A stretch of 64,000 nucleotides of DNA from Bacillota bacterium (GCA_021770445.1 JAETQY010000012.1:53018-117017), one strand, 5' to 3'; numbered from the stretch's first letter, positions 10,905 through 22,309 are shown. Numbers and translations are program-made. The notes: generated from the letters alone by a model not told the origin.

Positions 10905-12701
10905 TTGAGGAAACATCAGAGCTCAAATCGTATGGCCGTCATCCTCACCGCGTGCGGCGGGGTGCTGCTGTTGATCCTGCTGGTGATGCTGATCGTGCGT
11001 TATCGGGCGGTGGAGACGGAGCTGGACCGGATGCTGGTAGAGAGCCTGACCGCCCATACGGAGGAGGCGGGCGAGGGGGCCGGCTATCTGCTCCACTACG
11101 CCGAGACTGTGCTGAAAAACACCAATCTCTTTATCACCGGGGAGGCCAAGGCCCCGGAAAAGAGCTGGGTGGAGCCTATGGTCCATACCTTCAACCTGGT
11201 GGATGACCGCATGGACCTGAGGTATCTGGACAAGACGGACCTGGCCGCCGCCTCCTGGGGGCGGGAGGACCCGGAGCTGTTGGGCCAGGTCCTCAGAGGA
11301 GAGGCCGTGGTCAGCGGCATTTTGAATGACACCGACCAGGGGGACTGCTACGTGGTGGCGGTCCGCCCGGTGAGGTGGAACGAACAGACGGTGGGGGCGC
11401 TGGTGGCCCGGGTAAACGCCGATACCTTGCTGCGCCAGGGGAAGCACTCCACATTTTTTCACAACGTTCACAGCGTGATCGCCGGAGAGGACGGCCGAAT
11501 TGTCTACGGCAGCAGCCTGGGCCTGCAAGGGCTCAGCCTGACCGATCTGGGGGCGGAGGACGGCCTGACCCAGCAGGAGAGCGAGGCCTTCAGCGCCGCC
11601 TATCAGGAACAGACCTCCGGCTCCTTCAGCTACGCCGTTGGGAAGGGACGGAACTACACCGCCTGGGCGCCGGTCTCCTACAACAACTGGCGGATCGTGC
11701 AGTTTTCCCTGTCTCCCAATGTGAACATTGAACGTACGTCGATGATGCAGACGGTGGTCATGCTGGTGAGCCTGGTGATATGCGCCGTTTTGGCGGCGCT
11801 GATGTGGCGCCAGCGGGCCAGAATGGCGAAGGAGCGTATGCGCTACGCCGTGCTGGCCGAGTTCAAGGACACGCTGCTGTTTGAGTACAACTGCGAGGAC
11901 GACAGCCTGGAGTTTACCTCCAACGCCCTAGATACACTGGAGATCGAGAATAGCCGAATATCGGGGGTCCTCATGGGGGACGGGAGCCTGTCCGTTTTCC
12001 ATCCGGAGGATGTGGTCAATGTACGGAACGCGCTGAAAAATGCGGTAAACATGCTCCCGGACCAGGTGGAGCACGATCGTATCCGTCTGAAAGGGCGGGA
12101 CGGGAACTACAGGTGGTACCGCAGTCAGTATAAGGCGGTCTTTGGCTCGGAGGACAGAGTGGTCCAGGTGATCGGGACGTTGACGGATATCAGCGTGCAG
12201 ATCGACCGGGAGAAGGAGCTGCGGGAGCAGGCCCGGCAGGACCCCCTTACAGGGCTGTATAACCGGGCGGGCGTCAAGATGATTAACGCCAGGCTGGAGC
12301 AGATCTCCCGGGGCGTGCTGTTTATGATGGACCTGGACGACTTTAAGTCCATTAACGACAATTACGGCCACGCCGCCGGCGACAAGCTACTTACTGCCAT
12401 CGGCAGGATCTTGACGGAGACCTTCCGTACCGACGATATTGTGGCCCGGGTGGGGGGAGACGAGTTTGTCGCCTTTCTGTCCGGCTCAGACAGCAAGATC
12501 ACCGCTGAGCAGAAGGGACAGGAGCTGCTGGAGCGGGTGCGGACGCTGCGGATCGAGGGAATCGACACGGTAGCCAGCGTCAGTATTGGCGCGGCCAGTG
12601 CCCCCGGCTGCGGACGGACCTACGAGGCCCTCAGCGCCGTGGCAGACGAGGCCCTGTACCAGGTGAAAAACCACGGAAAGGGCGGTTTCCTCCTGAAATA
12701 A
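10905..12701 (+). CDS. Membrane sensor diguanylate cyclase (extracellular sensor, PAS-like, GGDEF)
   Basis: Two TM helices, PAS-like FHPED...RWY, DPLTGLYNR, DLDDFKSIND, ARVGGDEF; RxxD I-site (RTDD) just upstream of GGDEF. Confidence 0.92.
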   Translation: MRKHQSSNRMAVILTACGGVLLLILLVMLIVRYRAVETELDRMLVESLTAHTEEAGEGAGYLLHYAETVLKNTNLFITGEAKAPEKSWVEPMVHTFNLVDDRMDLRYLDKTDLAAASWGREDPELLGQVLRGEAVVSGILNDTDQGDCYVVAVRPVRWNEQTVGALVARVNADTLLRQGKHSTFFHNVHSVIAGEDGRIVYGSSLGLQGLSLTDLGAEDGLTQQESEAFSAAYQEQTSGSFSYAVGKGRNYTAWAPVSYNNWRIVQFSLSPNVNIERTSMMQTVVMLVSLVICAVLAALMWRQRARMAKERMRYAVLAEFKDTLLFEYNCEDDSLEFTSNALDTLEIENSRISGVLMGDGSLSVFHPEDVVNVRNALKNAVNMLPDQVEHDRIRLKGRDGNYRWYRSQYKAVFGSEDRVVQVIGTLTDISVQIDREKELREQARQDPLTGLYNRAGVKMINARLEQISRGVLFMMDLDDFKSINDNYGHAAGDKLLTAIGRILTETFRTDDIVARVGGDEFVAFLSGSDSKITAEQKGQELLERVRTLRIEGIDTVASVSIGAASAPGCGRTYEALSAVADEALYQVKNHGKGGFLLK

Positions 12702-12735
12702 AAAAGATCCACCGGTCTGACCGGTGGATCTTTTT
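12701..12735. terminator. Bidirectional intrinsic terminator
   Basis: aaaaagatccaccgg-tctga-ccggtggatcttttt. Confidence 0.9.
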
Positions 12736-12750
12736 GTTATTGAGAAGCCT

Positions 12751-15063
12751 TTACATGGCCAGCAGCTCCAGCGTCTCTCCGTTGGAGACAGCCTTGAGCT
12801 GAGATACCGGCTCCTGCCAGCCCTCGATGAGCCGGACGGCGATGGCGTCCTCCAGCTCCTTCTGGATGAGACGGCGCAGGTTCCGGGCGCCGTAGGTGGC
12901 GGAGTAGGACTTTTTTACCAGGTAGTCCAGGAGGGTGTCGTCCCAGGTGAAGTTGATGTCCTTCTCCTTCAGGGTGCCCACTAGCTCCTTGAGCATGAGC
13001 ACGGCGATGCCCTTGAAGTTGTCCTCAGAGAGCTGGTTGAAGTAGACAATCTCGTCCACCCGGTTGATAAACTCGGGGCGGAGGAAGTCGTTGAGGGCTT
13101 TGATGGCCCGGTCCTTGCCCTGCTCGTTGGCGGTGCGGCCGAAGCCCACAGAGCCCACCTTGGTGCTGCTGCCGGCGTTGGTGGTCATGACGATGACGGT
13201 GTTTTCAAAGTTCACCACTCGGCCGTGGGCGTCGGTAATGCGGCCGTCGTCCAGCACCTGGAGGAGGATGTTCAGCACGTCAGGGTGGGCCTTCTCGATC
13301 TCATCGAAGAGGACCACGGAGTAGGGCTTGCGGCGAATCTTCTCGGTGAGCTGGCCCGCCTCATCATAGCCCACATAACCCGGAGGGGAGCCGATGATCC
13401 GGGAGACGGCGTGCTTCTCCATAAACTCGGACATATCCAGCCGGATGAGGGACTCGGGGGTGTCGAACAGGTCGGCAGCCAGCTGCTTGACCAGCTCGGT
13501 CTTGCCCACGCCGGTGGAGCCCACGAAGATAAAGGACACCGGCTTGCGCTTGGGGGAGATGCCCACCCGTCCCCGGCGGATGGCGGCGGAGACGGCTTTC
13601 ACCGCCTCGTCCTGGCCGATGACATGCTCCTCCAGCCGCTCCTCCAGCTTGGCCAGCCGCTGGAACTCCTGCTCCTGGATGCGGCTGGCGGGGATGTTGG
13701 TCCACAGCTCGATGACGTTGGCCAGGTGCTCCTGGGTGAGGGCGGGGTGGGCCTCGTTCTGCAGGCCCGTCTTCTCCTCCTCCAGCCGCAGCTCCATGCT
13801 CTTGATGTCGGCCAGCCGCTTGTAGGCGTCTTCGGTGGCGGCGGCCATCATGACCTCCTTCTCCTTGGCCAGGTCGGCCAGCTCCTTGTCCACCGCGTTG
13901 AGGCGGGCCAGGGCCTTGTTGTGGAGGTTCACGTTGGAGCAGGCCTCGTCGATGAGGTCGATGGCCTTGTCGGGCAGGTAGCGGTCGGTGATGTACCGCT
14001 CGCTCATGGTGACGGCCAGCCGGCACATGGCGGGGGAGACCTCCACCTGGTGGAAGCTCTCATAGTAGGGGGCGATACCCTCGATCACTTTCACGCTGTC
14101 CTCGATGGAGGGCTCCTCCACGATGACGGGCTGGAACCGCCGCTCCAGGGCGGTGTCCTTCTCAATGTGCTTGCGGTACTCGTTGAGGGTGGTGGCTCCG
14201 ATGACCTGGAGCTCCCCCCGGGACAGGGCGGGCTTGAGGATGTTGGCGGCGTTCATGGAGCCCTCGGCGTCGCCGGCGCCCACGATGGTGTGTACCTCGT
14301 CAATGACCAGGATGATGTTGCCCAGCTTGCGGATCTCCTCGATGAGGCCTTTCATCCGGCTCTCGAACTGGCCCCGGAACTGGGTGCCCGCCACCAGGGC
14401 GGTGAGGTCCAGCAGGTAGACCTCCTTCTCCAGCAGCTTGTAGGGCACGTCCTTGTTGGCGATGCGCTGGGCCAGCCCCTCGGCAATGGCCGTCTTGCCC
14501 ACGCCGGGCTCGCCGATGAGACAGGGATTGTTCTTCTGCCGGCGATTGAGGATCTGTACCACCCGCTCCAGCTCCCGCTCCCGGCCAATGAGCTTATCCA
14601 GCTTACCCTCCTGGGCTCGCTGGGTCAGGGAGATACAGTAGCTGTCCAGGAATTTCCGCTTGGTGGGCTTGGACTGACCTTTTTCGCTCCGGGGAGGCTG
14701 GGTAGAGCCCTCGCCAGAGGAGGGCTTCTCCGAAGAGGAGGAGCCGCCGCCAAAGAGCTGATTGAGGAAGGGGAAGGTGGCGGTGCGGCCGTCGTCCTCC
14801 TCGTCGTCCTCGTCCTTGGTGGGGGACATCATCCCCTCCATGCCCTCTGCGCCGCCGAAGGCGGACATCATCTCGGTGGTGAGGGTGTCCAGGTCCTCGT
14901 CGCTGATCCCCATCTTCTTCATCATGTCGTCGATGGGCTTGATACCCAGCTCCCGGGCGCACTTGAGGCACAGACCCTCGTTCTTGGAGGTGCCGCCCTC
15001 TAACTTCGTAATAAAGATGACCGCCACATTTTTGCCGCAGCGGCTGCACATGGTAGGCTGCAT
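12751..15063 (-). CDS. clpC: Clp protease ATP-binding subunit (ClpC/ClpE type, N-terminal Zn finger)
   Basis: Two AAA+ modules ([16 protein letters not shown]), IDLIDEA, RLDMSEF; N-terminal CxxC..CxxC rather than Clp-N repeats, so ClpE-like. Confidence 0.85.
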   Translation of the reverse strand: MQPTMCSRCGKNVAVIFITKLEGGTSKNEGLCLKCARELGIKPIDDMMKKMGISDEDLDTLTTEMMSAFGGAEGMEGMMSPTKDEDDEEDDGRTATFPFLNQLFGGGSSSSEKPSSGEGSTQPPRSEKGQSKPTKRKFLDSYCISLTQRAQEGKLDKLIGRERELERVVQILNRRQKNNPCLIGEPGVGKTAIAEGLAQRIANKDVPYKLLEKEVYLLDLTALVAGTQFRGQFESRMKGLIEEIRKLGNIILVIDEVHTIVGAGDAEGSMNAANILKPALSRGELQVIGATTLNEYRKHIEKDTALERRFQPVIVEEPSIEDSVKVIEGIAPYYESFHQVEVSPAMCRLAVTMSERYITDRYLPDKAIDLIDEACSNVNLHNKALARLNAVDKELADLAKEKEVMMAAATEDAYKRLADIKSMELRLEEEKTGLQNEAHPALTQEHLANVIELWTNIPASRIQEQEFQRLAKLEERLEEHVIGQDEAVKAVSAAIRRGRVGISPKRKPVSFIFVGSTGVGKTELVKQLAADLFDTPESLIRLDMSEFMEKHAVSRIIGSPPGYVGYDEAGQLTEKIRRKPYSVVLFDEIEKAHPDVLNILLQVLDDGRITDAHGRVVNFENTVIVMTTNAGSSTKVGSVGFGRTANEQGKDRAIKALNDFLRPEFINRVDEIVYFNQLSEDNFKGIAVLMLKELVGTLKEKDINFTWDDTLLDYLVKKSYSATYGARNLRRLIQKELEDAIAVRLIEGWQEPVSQLKAVSNGETLELLAM

Positions 15064-15159
15064 AGTAAATTCGCTCCTTTCGGGAAAAGTCCACGTTTGG
15101 GGAGATGGTACACCCTAATTATGAACTGGGTATGAACTTTTCCCTGAGAAATACAGGGT

Positions 15160-15855
15160 TTACAGGAAAAATGACAGAGGGTTGACGGAGGCGAAGAACT
15201 TGAGCAGATAGGAGCTCCCGATGGCTGCGGGAGGGATGTAGCTGTCCCGGAGCAGCCAGACGGCGATATACACGATCAGCGCCCCCTTGACCAGACCCAC
15301 GGCCCCGCCGCCCCAGGCGTTGACAGTGCTGAGGACGGGCAGCTTGGCCACTAGGTCCAGGGTGTGGCTGAGGAACCACCAGGCAATCAAAATGGCGAGG
15401 AAGGCCACGGCGAAGATTACCATCCGGGCGATCTGCACCGCCGCGTAGTGAGCCAGGGCCTGGGCTGCGTTGGTCGTGACCTCCGCCACGCCGCTGTCCA
15501 CCGCCTTCTGGAAAGCGTCGGCAAAGCCCTGGAACAGCTCGGTCTCTTTCAGATGCTCTATGACACCGGCCAGTGCCACCTCCTCCGGCGACTGAGCCAC
15601 TCCGCCGTCCACGGAGACAAATTCTGTGCTCTTGATGGCCTCGGTAAGGGATTCCTGAATGCGCTCCGCGACGATGGGTTCCACCGCCTTAGCCACCGGC
15701 TCGGCCAGGGCGTTGGAGAGGATGGAGGCCCCGATGAGGGCCACAAAGACGGCCAGCAGGGAGCACAGGGTGAGCACAAGGCCCTTTTTATAGCCCAGCC
15801 AGACAAAAAAGAGCAGGACTGCGGCGATGATGAGATCGTAAATGATGTAGTTCAT
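15160..15855 (-). CDS. CvpA-family membrane protein
   Basis: YDLII...GYKKGLV N-terminus; NAWGGGAVGLVKG. Confidence 0.75.
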   Translation of the reverse strand: MNYIIYDLIIAAVLLFFVWLGYKKGLVLTLCSLLAVFVALIGASILSNALAEPVAKAVEPIVAERIQESLTEAIKSTEFVSVDGGVAQSPEEVALAGVIEHLKETELFQGFADAFQKAVDSGVAEVTTNAAQALAHYAAVQIARMVIFAVAFLAILIAWWFLSHTLDLVAKLPVLSTVNAWGGGAVGLVKGALIVYIAVWLLRDSYIPPAAIGSSYLLKFFASVNPLSFFL

Positions 15856-15871
15856 GGGTCGTTCCTCCGAA

Positions 15872-17056
15872 TTATTGGGATGGCGGGATATATAACCAGG
15901 CCTGCTGGGCGTTGGCCAGCAAAGCGGAGCCATTAGGGGCCAGGTCCACATGCCGGGCGGCCTGGGGATTGTCCAAAACAGCGTAGGGGTCGGTCTCCTG
16001 GCCGTAAATGGTCAGGCGGCTGCCCGACAGCAGGGCGAAATATGTGCCGGCGGCGGAGTAGTCCAGCACCTGGCTGGCCAGGGGGATGGACCGGACGGCC
16101 TGGGTCGAACCGTCCACAATGACGGCCTGGGCGGCCCCGCCGGCCCGATAGGGGCCCTCCAGAAGGAGGGCAAAGCCCTCCCCCTCCAGAGAACAGCCCT
16201 TCAAATAGTTGGGTGTAAGGTAATAAGTATGGGTCTCTGTGCCGTCGGTGGGGACGGTGAGCAGCCGGTCCTCGCCCAGCACCCACAGCAGTCCCTCCTC
16301 ATAGTCCAGGTCCAGCACGGTGAGGGCCCCCAGCTCCACCTGGAGGGAGGGCTCTGTCTGGTCCAGGGGGTAGAGGAGCAGACGGCTGAAGAAATTCCCC
16401 TGCTCCTGGCCCATGGTAATCACGGCCACCGACTGGCCGTCGGGGGAGACGGCGGCGTCCACGGCAAAGACAGAGGACAGGCCGATGGTGATGACCTCCC
16501 GTCCTCGGCTGTTGTAGACGGTGACCGCCCCCTTGAAGCCGCTCTGCTGGGCGGTGACCGCCAGCCAGCCGCTGTCGTTGACCCGGGCGGAGAGAAGGTT
16601 GTTGCCCCCTGTCAGGGAGAGCTTAAAGCTCTCCTCCCCATTGCGGAAGACAAACAGGGACTGATTGCCTGCGTCGTAGGCCACGGCTGCCGTCCGGGAG
16701 GCGGACAACACGGGGTTCTCCACAGACAGTACCTCCTCCGCCAGGTGCTCTCCGTTTAGGCCGTAGTAGTGGGCGCCGGCGGCGGAGACTGTCACCGCCC
16801 CGCTGTCCAAATAGGCGATAGACAGCTTGTCGCCCCCGGCGTGGGTGAAGGGGGCGGCCTCGCCAGCTTCGTCGGTGGGCATGTCGCGGTAGGCCAGCCA
16901 CCGCTTCAGGGTGTCCACATTGAAGGTGTCCCGGTAGACCACTAGAGCCAGCGCCCCCAACACCAGGACCGCTGTGACTGCCAGGGCCAGCAGGCGAACA
17001 AGCATATTCGGTTTTTTGATCCGCTTGGGAGCGGGGGGCTTTTGATTCTCTTTCAT
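15872..17056 (-). CDS. Membrane-anchored beta-propeller-like protein (DUF5711-like)
   Basis: N-terminal TM, repeated beta-strand motifs; family name from recall. Confidence 0.65.
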   Translation of the reverse strand: MKENQKPPAPKRIKKPNMLVRLLALAVTAVLVLGALALVVYRDTFNVDTLKRWLAYRDMPTDEAGEAAPFTHAGGDKLSIAYLDSGAVTVSAAGAHYYGLNGEHLAEEVLSVENPVLSASRTAAVAYDAGNQSLFVFRNGEESFKLSLTGGNNLLSARVNDSGWLAVTAQQSGFKGAVTVYNSRGREVITIGLSSVFAVDAAVSPDGQSVAVITMGQEQGNFFSRLLLYPLDQTEPSLQVELGALTVLDLDYEEGLLWVLGEDRLLTVPTDGTETHTYYLTPNYLKGCSLEGEGFALLLEGPYRAGGAAQAVIVDGSTQAVRSIPLASQVLDYSAAGTYFALLSGSRLTIYGQETDPYAVLDNPQAARHVDLAPNGSALLANAQQAWLYIPPSQ

Positions 17057-17066
17057 ACTCTACTGA

Positions 17067-17816
17067 CTAAACGTCCTCTTCATACCATAATTTTGTCATA
17101 TACAGCCCGCCGGGGGGGACAGTGGGCCCGGCTAGGGTCCGGTTGCCCGAGTCCAGAATGGCGGGGATGTCCTCCGGTGCCAGCTTGCCCTCGGCGGCGT
17201 AAACGATGGTGCCTACCATGGCCCGGACCATGTTGTATAGAAAGCCGTTGGCGCACACCCGGCAGGAGATCAGGTCGCCGTCGCGCGCCACGTCAAAGTA
17301 GTACACCGTGCGTACGGTGGTCTTGGTCTCTGTCCCCACCGAGCGCACCGCCCGGAAGTCGTGGGTGCCTACAAACTGCTCCGCCGCCCGGGCCATAATT
17401 GCCTCGTCCAGGTGTTTGGGGTAGAACCAAGCCCGGTTGACATAAAACGGGTTGCCCAGCCGGGAGTTGTAAATTTTGTAGGTATACTCCTTTTTCAGAC
17501 AGGAGCCGATGGCGTTGAAGCCCTCGGGCACCTGAGTGGCCCTGACCACCACGATGTCGTCGGGGAGCCGGGTGTTTACCGCCAGGGGCAGCTTGTCCAG
17601 TGGAATGCGGGAGGTGGTGCGGAAGTTGGCCATATAGGTCTCCGCATGGACCCCGGCGTCGGTGCGCCCCGCCCCGGTGACACGTACCGGGTGGCCCACC
17701 GTGGCCGCCAGGGCCTTCTCCAGCGTCTCAGCCACCGAGATAGCGTTCTTCTGCACCTGCCAGCCGTGGTAGGCCGTGCCGTTGTACATCAACCTCAAAG
17801 CAACATTGCGTTCCAT
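17067..17816 (-). CDS. truA: tRNA pseudouridine(38-40) synthase
   Basis: YNGTAYHGWQ, GAGRTDAGVHA, NGFLYNMVR. Confidence 0.96.
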   Translation of the reverse strand: MERNVALRLMYNGTAYHGWQVQKNAISVAETLEKALAATVGHPVRVTGAGRTDAGVHAETYMANFRTTSRIPLDKLPLAVNTRLPDDIVVVRATQVPEGFNAIGSCLKKEYTYKIYNSRLGNPFYVNRAWFYPKHLDEAIMARAAEQFVGTHDFRAVRSVGTETKTTVRTVYYFDVARDGDLISCRVCANGFLYNMVRAMVGTIVYAAEGKLAPEDIPAILDSGNRTLAGPTVPPGGLYMTKLWYEEDV

Positions 17817-17817
17817 A

Positions 17818-18627
17818 TTACCACCCAAAATGTCCCAGCACCCCCACGCCCACAGTGATGGCCAGGAAGAGAAACAGGGTCACGTAGTCGGCCGCCTTAT
17901 ATCTCAGCTGGCGCAGGCGGGTGCGGCCCTCGCCGCCGTGGTAGCAGCGGCACTCCATGGCGGTGGCCAGTTCGTCGGCCCGGCGGAAGGCGGAGATGAA
18001 CAGGGGTACCAGCAGGGGCAGCAGGGCCTTGGCCCGCTGGATCAGGTTGCCGCTCTCGAAGTCGGCCCCCCGGGCCCGCTGGGCGGACATAATCTTGTCG
18101 GTCTCCTCAATAAGGGTGGGAATAAACCGCAGGGCAATGGACATCATCATGGCCAGCTCATGGACGGGCACCTTGAGCTTTTTCAGCGGCCCCATCAGGG
18201 ACTCCAGCCCATCGGTAAGCAGGATGGGGGAGGTGGTGTAGGTGAGCAGGAAGGTTCCGGCAATGAGCATCATGATCCGAATAACCATAAAGAAGGCCCG
18301 GTACACCCCCTCCAGGGTGATGGTAAAGATCCAGAAGTGGACCAGTACCGTATTGCCGGGGGTGTAGAACAGGTTGAGCACTGCGGTAAAGACCACGATA
18401 AACAGCACCGGCTTCAAGCCCCGAAAGACGGACTTGGGGGGCACTTTTGAGACGGCGATAGACCCGGCCAGCACGAAGAACATAACGGCGTAGGTGACGA
18501 ACCAGCTGGCCAGGAACAGGGCCACGATATAGAGCACCACGCAGATCAGCTTGGTGCGGGGGTCCAGGCGGTGGACAATAGAATTTCCCGGGAAATACTG
18601 CCCCAGGGTGATATCCTTCAGCGCCAT
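17818..18627 (-). CDS. ecfT: ECF transporter transmembrane component
   Basis: LGQYFPGNS..HRLDPRTK, ALRFIPTL, AQRARG, AMECRCY. Confidence 0.93.
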   Translation of the reverse strand: MALKDITLGQYFPGNSIVHRLDPRTKLICVVLYIVALFLASWFVTYAVMFFVLAGSIAVSKVPPKSVFRGLKPVLFIVVFTAVLNLFYTPGNTVLVHFWIFTITLEGVYRAFFMVIRIMMLIAGTFLLTYTTSPILLTDGLESLMGPLKKLKVPVHELAMMMSIALRFIPTLIEETDKIMSAQRARGADFESGNLIQRAKALLPLLVPLFISAFRRADELATAMECRCYHGGEGRTRLRQLRYKAADYVTLFLFLAITVGVGVLGHFGW

Positions 18628-19491
18628 TCAGTCCACCCCCTTTTTCAGCTTTTCCAGGACGGCGGCCTTGGCCTGGTCCAGGGTGTAGACGGACGGGTCA
18701 ATGTCCACCCCCATGGCGCGCAGGCGGTGGAACACCCGGGTGAGCTGGGGCACGCCCAGGCCCATCTGCTCCAGCTCGTCCCCGTGCTGGAAGACCTCCC
18801 GAGGGGCGCCCTGGAAGGGAATCTTGCCGTCGTTGACGGCCACCAGCCGGTCCACCGACCGGGCCACCTCCTCCATGGAGTGGGACACCAGGATGATGGT
18901 GGCGTTGTGGGCCTGGTGGTACTCCCGGATGTTGCCCAGAATGGACTCCACCCCCTCCGGGTCCAGCCCGGCGGTGGGCTCGTCCAGGATGAGCACCTTG
19001 GGCTCCATGGCGATCACCCCGGCGATGGCCACCCGGCGCTTCTGACCGCCGGACAGCTCAAAGGGGGACTTGTCCAGCTGGTCGTCCCGCAGGCCTACGA
19101 AGTAGGCCGCCGACCGCACCCGGCGGTCGATCTCCTTCTCGTCCAGCCCCATGTTCTTGGGGCCGAAGGAGATGTCCTTGTATACCGTCTCCTCAAAGAG
19201 CTGGTACTCCGGGTACTGGAACACCAGCCCCACCTGGAAGCGGGTCTTTTTGGTGATCTTGGGGTCGGACCAGATATCCACATCCTGGAACAGCACCGTC
19301 CCCGAGGTGGGCTTGAGCAGGGCGTTGAGGTGCTGGATCAGGGTGGACTTGCCCGACCCGGTGTGGCCGATGATACCCAGGTACTCCCCAGGGTAGGCGC
19401 GGAGATCCACGCCGTCCAGCGCCGTGTGCTCAAAGGGCGTCCCGGCGGAGTAGATATGGGTGAGGTTTTTAGTTTCGATAATAGGTTCCAT
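18628..19491 (-). CDS. ecfA2: ECF transporter ATPase A2
   Basis: GHTGSGKST, FQYPEYQLFEE, LSGGQKRR. Confidence 0.93.
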   Translation of the reverse strand: MEPIIETKNLTHIYSAGTPFEHTALDGVDLRAYPGEYLGIIGHTGSGKSTLIQHLNALLKPTSGTVLFQDVDIWSDPKITKKTRFQVGLVFQYPEYQLFEETVYKDISFGPKNMGLDEKEIDRRVRSAAYFVGLRDDQLDKSPFELSGGQKRRVAIAGVIAMEPKVLILDEPTAGLDPEGVESILGNIREYHQAHNATIILVSHSMEEVARSVDRLVAVNDGKIPFQGAPREVFQHGDELEQMGLGVPQLTRVFHRLRAMGVDIDPSVYTLDQAKAAVLEKLKKGVD

Positions 19492-19570
19492 GGATGGTAC
19501 ATCCTTTATATTTGGTACACGCCCAAGGGGTCGCGTCCGAGAGGCTTCCCCTAAAAGGGAAGCCTTTTGC

Positions 19571-20419
19571 CTATTTCAGCAGTTGATACAGCGCCTGGGC
19601 GCACTCCTCGTCGGAGAGGGCGTCTAAGGGGACGTCATATCCCTCCTGACGCAGCTCCCAGAGGAGCTGGGTCGTCTGGGGGACGGTGAGGCCCACCTGG
19701 CGCAGCTCCTCCACCCGGGAGAAGACCGCTTTCGGCGTGTCGTCGGCCACCACCCTGCCCTTGGACATGACGATGAGGCGGTCGGCCTGGGCGGCCTCGT
19801 CCATGTGGTGGGTAATGAGGACCACCGTTACCCCCCGCTCCCGGTTGAGCGTCTTGATGGTGTTCAGCACATCCCGGCGGCCGATGGGGTCCAGCATGGC
19901 GGTGGGCTCGTCCAGCACGATGCACCGGGGCCGCATGGCGATCACGCCCGCGATGGCCACCCGCTGCTTCTGGCCGCCGGAGAGAAGGTGGGGGGCGTGC
20001 TCCCGGTAGCCGTACATGCCCACGGCTTTGAGGGCGTCGTCCACCCGTTGGCGAATCTCAGCCGGGGGAACCCCCAGGTTCTCTGGGGCGAAGGCCACGT
20101 CCTCCTCCACCACGTTGGCTACGATCTGGTTGTCCGGGTTCTGGAACACCATGCCCACCGCCCGGCGGATGTCAAGGAGCCGGTCCTCGTCGGAGGTGTC
20201 GATGCCATTCACGTACACCGTTCCCCCGGAGGGCAGGAGGATGGCGTTCATGTGCTTGGCCAGGGTGGACTTGCCGCAGCCGTTGTGGCCCAGTACGGCC
20301 ACAAAGGAGCCCTCCGCAATATCCAGGCTCACGCCGTCCAGCACCACCGGGGTGGTTCCCTCCTCGGGGGCGGGATAGGAGAAGTGTAAATCTTCGGTTT
20401 TGATGATGGTATGATTCAT
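19571..20419 (-). CDS. ecfA1: ECF transporter ATPase A1
   Basis: [24 protein letters not shown]; start MNHTII at 20419. Confidence 0.93.
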   Translation of the reverse strand: MNHTIIKTEDLHFSYPAPEEGTTPVVLDGVSLDIAEGSFVAVLGHNGCGKSTLAKHMNAILLPSGGTVYVNGIDTSDEDRLLDIRRAVGMVFQNPDNQIVANVVEEDVAFAPENLGVPPAEIRQRVDDALKAVGMYGYREHAPHLLSGGQKQRVAIAGVIAMRPRCIVLDEPTAMLDPIGRRDVLNTIKTLNRERGVTVVLITHHMDEAAQADRLIVMSKGRVVADDTPKAVFSRVEELRQVGLTVPQTTQLLWELRQEGYDVPLDALSDEECAQALYQLLK

Positions 20420-20436
20420 AAAAACCACCTGAATGT

Positions 20437-21300
20437 TCAATCTTTTGTCCACCGCCCTGTAGCCCCGCAGGGGAGGGCCAGGCCGGACTGGGTGACGGGC
20501 AGGCCTAGCTCGTCGGAGACGGTATGCCCGCCGAACTTTTTGGAGATCAAGGTCTCCAGAATGTAGGTGACCACGCTGGGGGCCAGGCCGGTGGTGTAGG
20601 AGTTGAGGATAACAAATAGGGGGTCGTCGGACAGCACGCCGCTCACCAGCTCCACAAAGGGGTAGAGGTTTTCCTCCAGCTTCCACACCTCGCCGGTGGG
20701 GCCCCGGCCGTAGGAGGGGGGGTCCATGATGATGGCGTCGTACCTCCGCCCCCGGCGGATCTCCCGCTCCACGAACTTGGCGCAGTCGTCCACGATCCAG
20801 CGGATGGGGGCCTCCTCCAGCCCGGAGCTCTTGGCGTTCTCCCGGGCCCACTGGACCATCCCCCGGGCGGCGTCCACATGGCACACGCTGGCCCCGGCAG
20901 CGGCGCAGGCCACTGTGGCCCCGCCGGTGTAGGCGAAGAGGTTCAATACGCTCACCGGCCGACCTGCACTGCGAATCTGCTTCTGGGCGAAGTCCCAGTT
21001 GGCCGCCTGCTCGGGGAAGAGGCCGGTGTGCTTGAAGTTCATGGGCTTGATGTTGAAGGTGAGGGCCCCGTAGGACACCGTCCACCGTTCGGGCATGGAT
21101 TTGTTGACCCACTGGCCGCCCCCGGTGGAGGAGCGGGCGTACCGTCCAGCGTTTTTCTTCCAGCCCGGGTGGGAGCGGGGGGTGTTCCAGATGGCCTGGG
21201 GGTCGGGCCGGACCAGGAGCTGGTCCCCCCAGCGTTCCAGTTTCTCTCCACGGCCGCAGTCGATAAGCTCATAGTCGGTCCAATTGTCGGACAGCCACAT
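20437..21300 (-). CDS. Class I SAM-dependent methyltransferase (RlmI/RlmK-like)
   Basis: [23 protein letters not shown]. Confidence 0.85.
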   Translation of the reverse strand: MWLSDNWTDYELIDCGRGEKLERWGDQLLVRPDPQAIWNTPRSHPGWKKNAGRYARSSTGGGQWVNKSMPERWTVSYGALTFNIKPMNFKHTGLFPEQAANWDFAQKQIRSAGRPVSVLNLFAYTGGATVACAAAGASVCHVDAARGMVQWARENAKSSGLEEAPIRWIVDDCAKFVEREIRRGRRYDAIIMDPPSYGRGPTGEVWKLEENLYPFVELVSGVLSDDPLFVILNSYTTGLAPSVVTYILETLISKKFGGHTVSDELGLPVTQSGLALPCGATGRWTKD

Positions 21301-21487
21301 AACCGAAATACCCCCAATATATTCTAAAACCAGAATAGTATATCATTTCCAGGGCGTTCCGTCAATAAATACAAGGGATTTTACGGGAATGACAGAGAAG
21401 TGATTGTATTTTACGGCTGGCTGTGATAAAATACCTCAAAGAGCGACAGAATACCCGGCCAAACCGGCCGATTGAGAGGTGCGAAAG

Positions 21488-22225
21488 ATGGATCATCCCT
21501 TCCGTTCCGCCGCAGTGGGCGGCTTCAATAAGCAGGATGTGCTTACCTTTCTGGAGGAGCAGTCCAAACAGGCAGCCCAGGCCCAGCAGCAGCTCCAGGA
21601 ACAGCTGGAGGGGGCAAATCGTCAGATCGAGACCCTCCGCCAGGAGGGGGAGGAGCTGCGTCGCCGGCTGGAGGAGGCCCAGCGGGAGCTGGAGACCGCC
21701 CGTCAGGGCCGGGACAGCCTGAACGCCCAGCTGGAGGAGGCCGGCCGGGAGCTGGCCGCCAGCCGGGGGGAGACGGACAGGGTACGACATGAACTGGAGG
21801 AGGCCGTCCGGGACCGGGACGGGGCCCGCGCCCAGCGGGACAGGCTCCAGGCCAGGCTGGACGGCGTGCTGCCCGACGCCCAGGCCTACGTTCAGATCAA
21901 GGAGCGCACCGCCGGGGTGGAGCTGGACGCCCACCGCCGGGCCCAGACCATCCAGGAGAAGGCGGAGCGGGATGCCGAGCGGGTGCGCCGCCAGCTGGAG
22001 CAGTGGCTGGAGCGGATGGAGAAGGAGTACGACGCCATGCGGGGCGAGGTGGAGATCACCGTGTCCCACGCGGCCAGCGAGCTGGACCGGGTGCGGGCCG
22101 GGCTGAACCGGATCACCCAGCTGGTAGACGCCCAGGAGGGTGCGCTGGAGGGGATCGCCAAGGCCTACAGCGAGACTGCTGGCCCCAAGATTGAGGCCCC
22201 CATGCCCATCCCAGAGGAGGAATAA
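21488..22225 (+). CDS. Coiled-coil protein with DivIVA-like N-terminus
   Basis: FRSAAVGGFNKQDVLTFLE resembles the DivIVA/GpsB N-motif; long heptad region. Confidence 0.6.
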   Translation: MDHPFRSAAVGGFNKQDVLTFLEEQSKQAAQAQQQLQEQLEGANRQIETLRQEGEELRRRLEEAQRELETARQGRDSLNAQLEEAGRELAASRGETDRVRHELEEAVRDRDGARAQRDRLQARLDGVLPDAQAYVQIKERTAGVELDAHRRAQTIQEKAERDAERVRRQLEQWLERMEKEYDAMRGEVEITVSHAASELDRVRAGLNRITQLVDAQEGALEGIAKAYSETAGPKIEAPMPIPEEE

Positions 22226-22254
22226 TTGACAAGACAGCGCCTGTCCTCTATACT
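22226..22254 (+). promoter_or_regulatory. Sigma-A promoter of the small peptide gene, overlapped by a 15-bp inverted repeat (22234-22269)
   Basis: TTGACA-17-TATACT; acagcgcctgtcctc-TATACT-gaggacaggcgctgt. Confidence 0.8.
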
Positions 22255-22309
22255 GAGGACAGGCGCTGTTGCAAATGGCGGTTAGCCACTCCCTTACAGA
22301 GAGGGGGTG

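Noticed and set aside
10814-12701. c-di-GMP riboswitch near the GGDEF gene or in the tra leader
   Set aside because: No GEMM-type GCAAA/GNRA two-hairpin pattern recognised
13225-15003. Long antisense ORFs (592 aa here; similar ones opposite lysS, murC, mreB, the kinase and the adhesin)
   Set aside because: Shadow frames produced by high GC3 codon bias opposite well-supported genes
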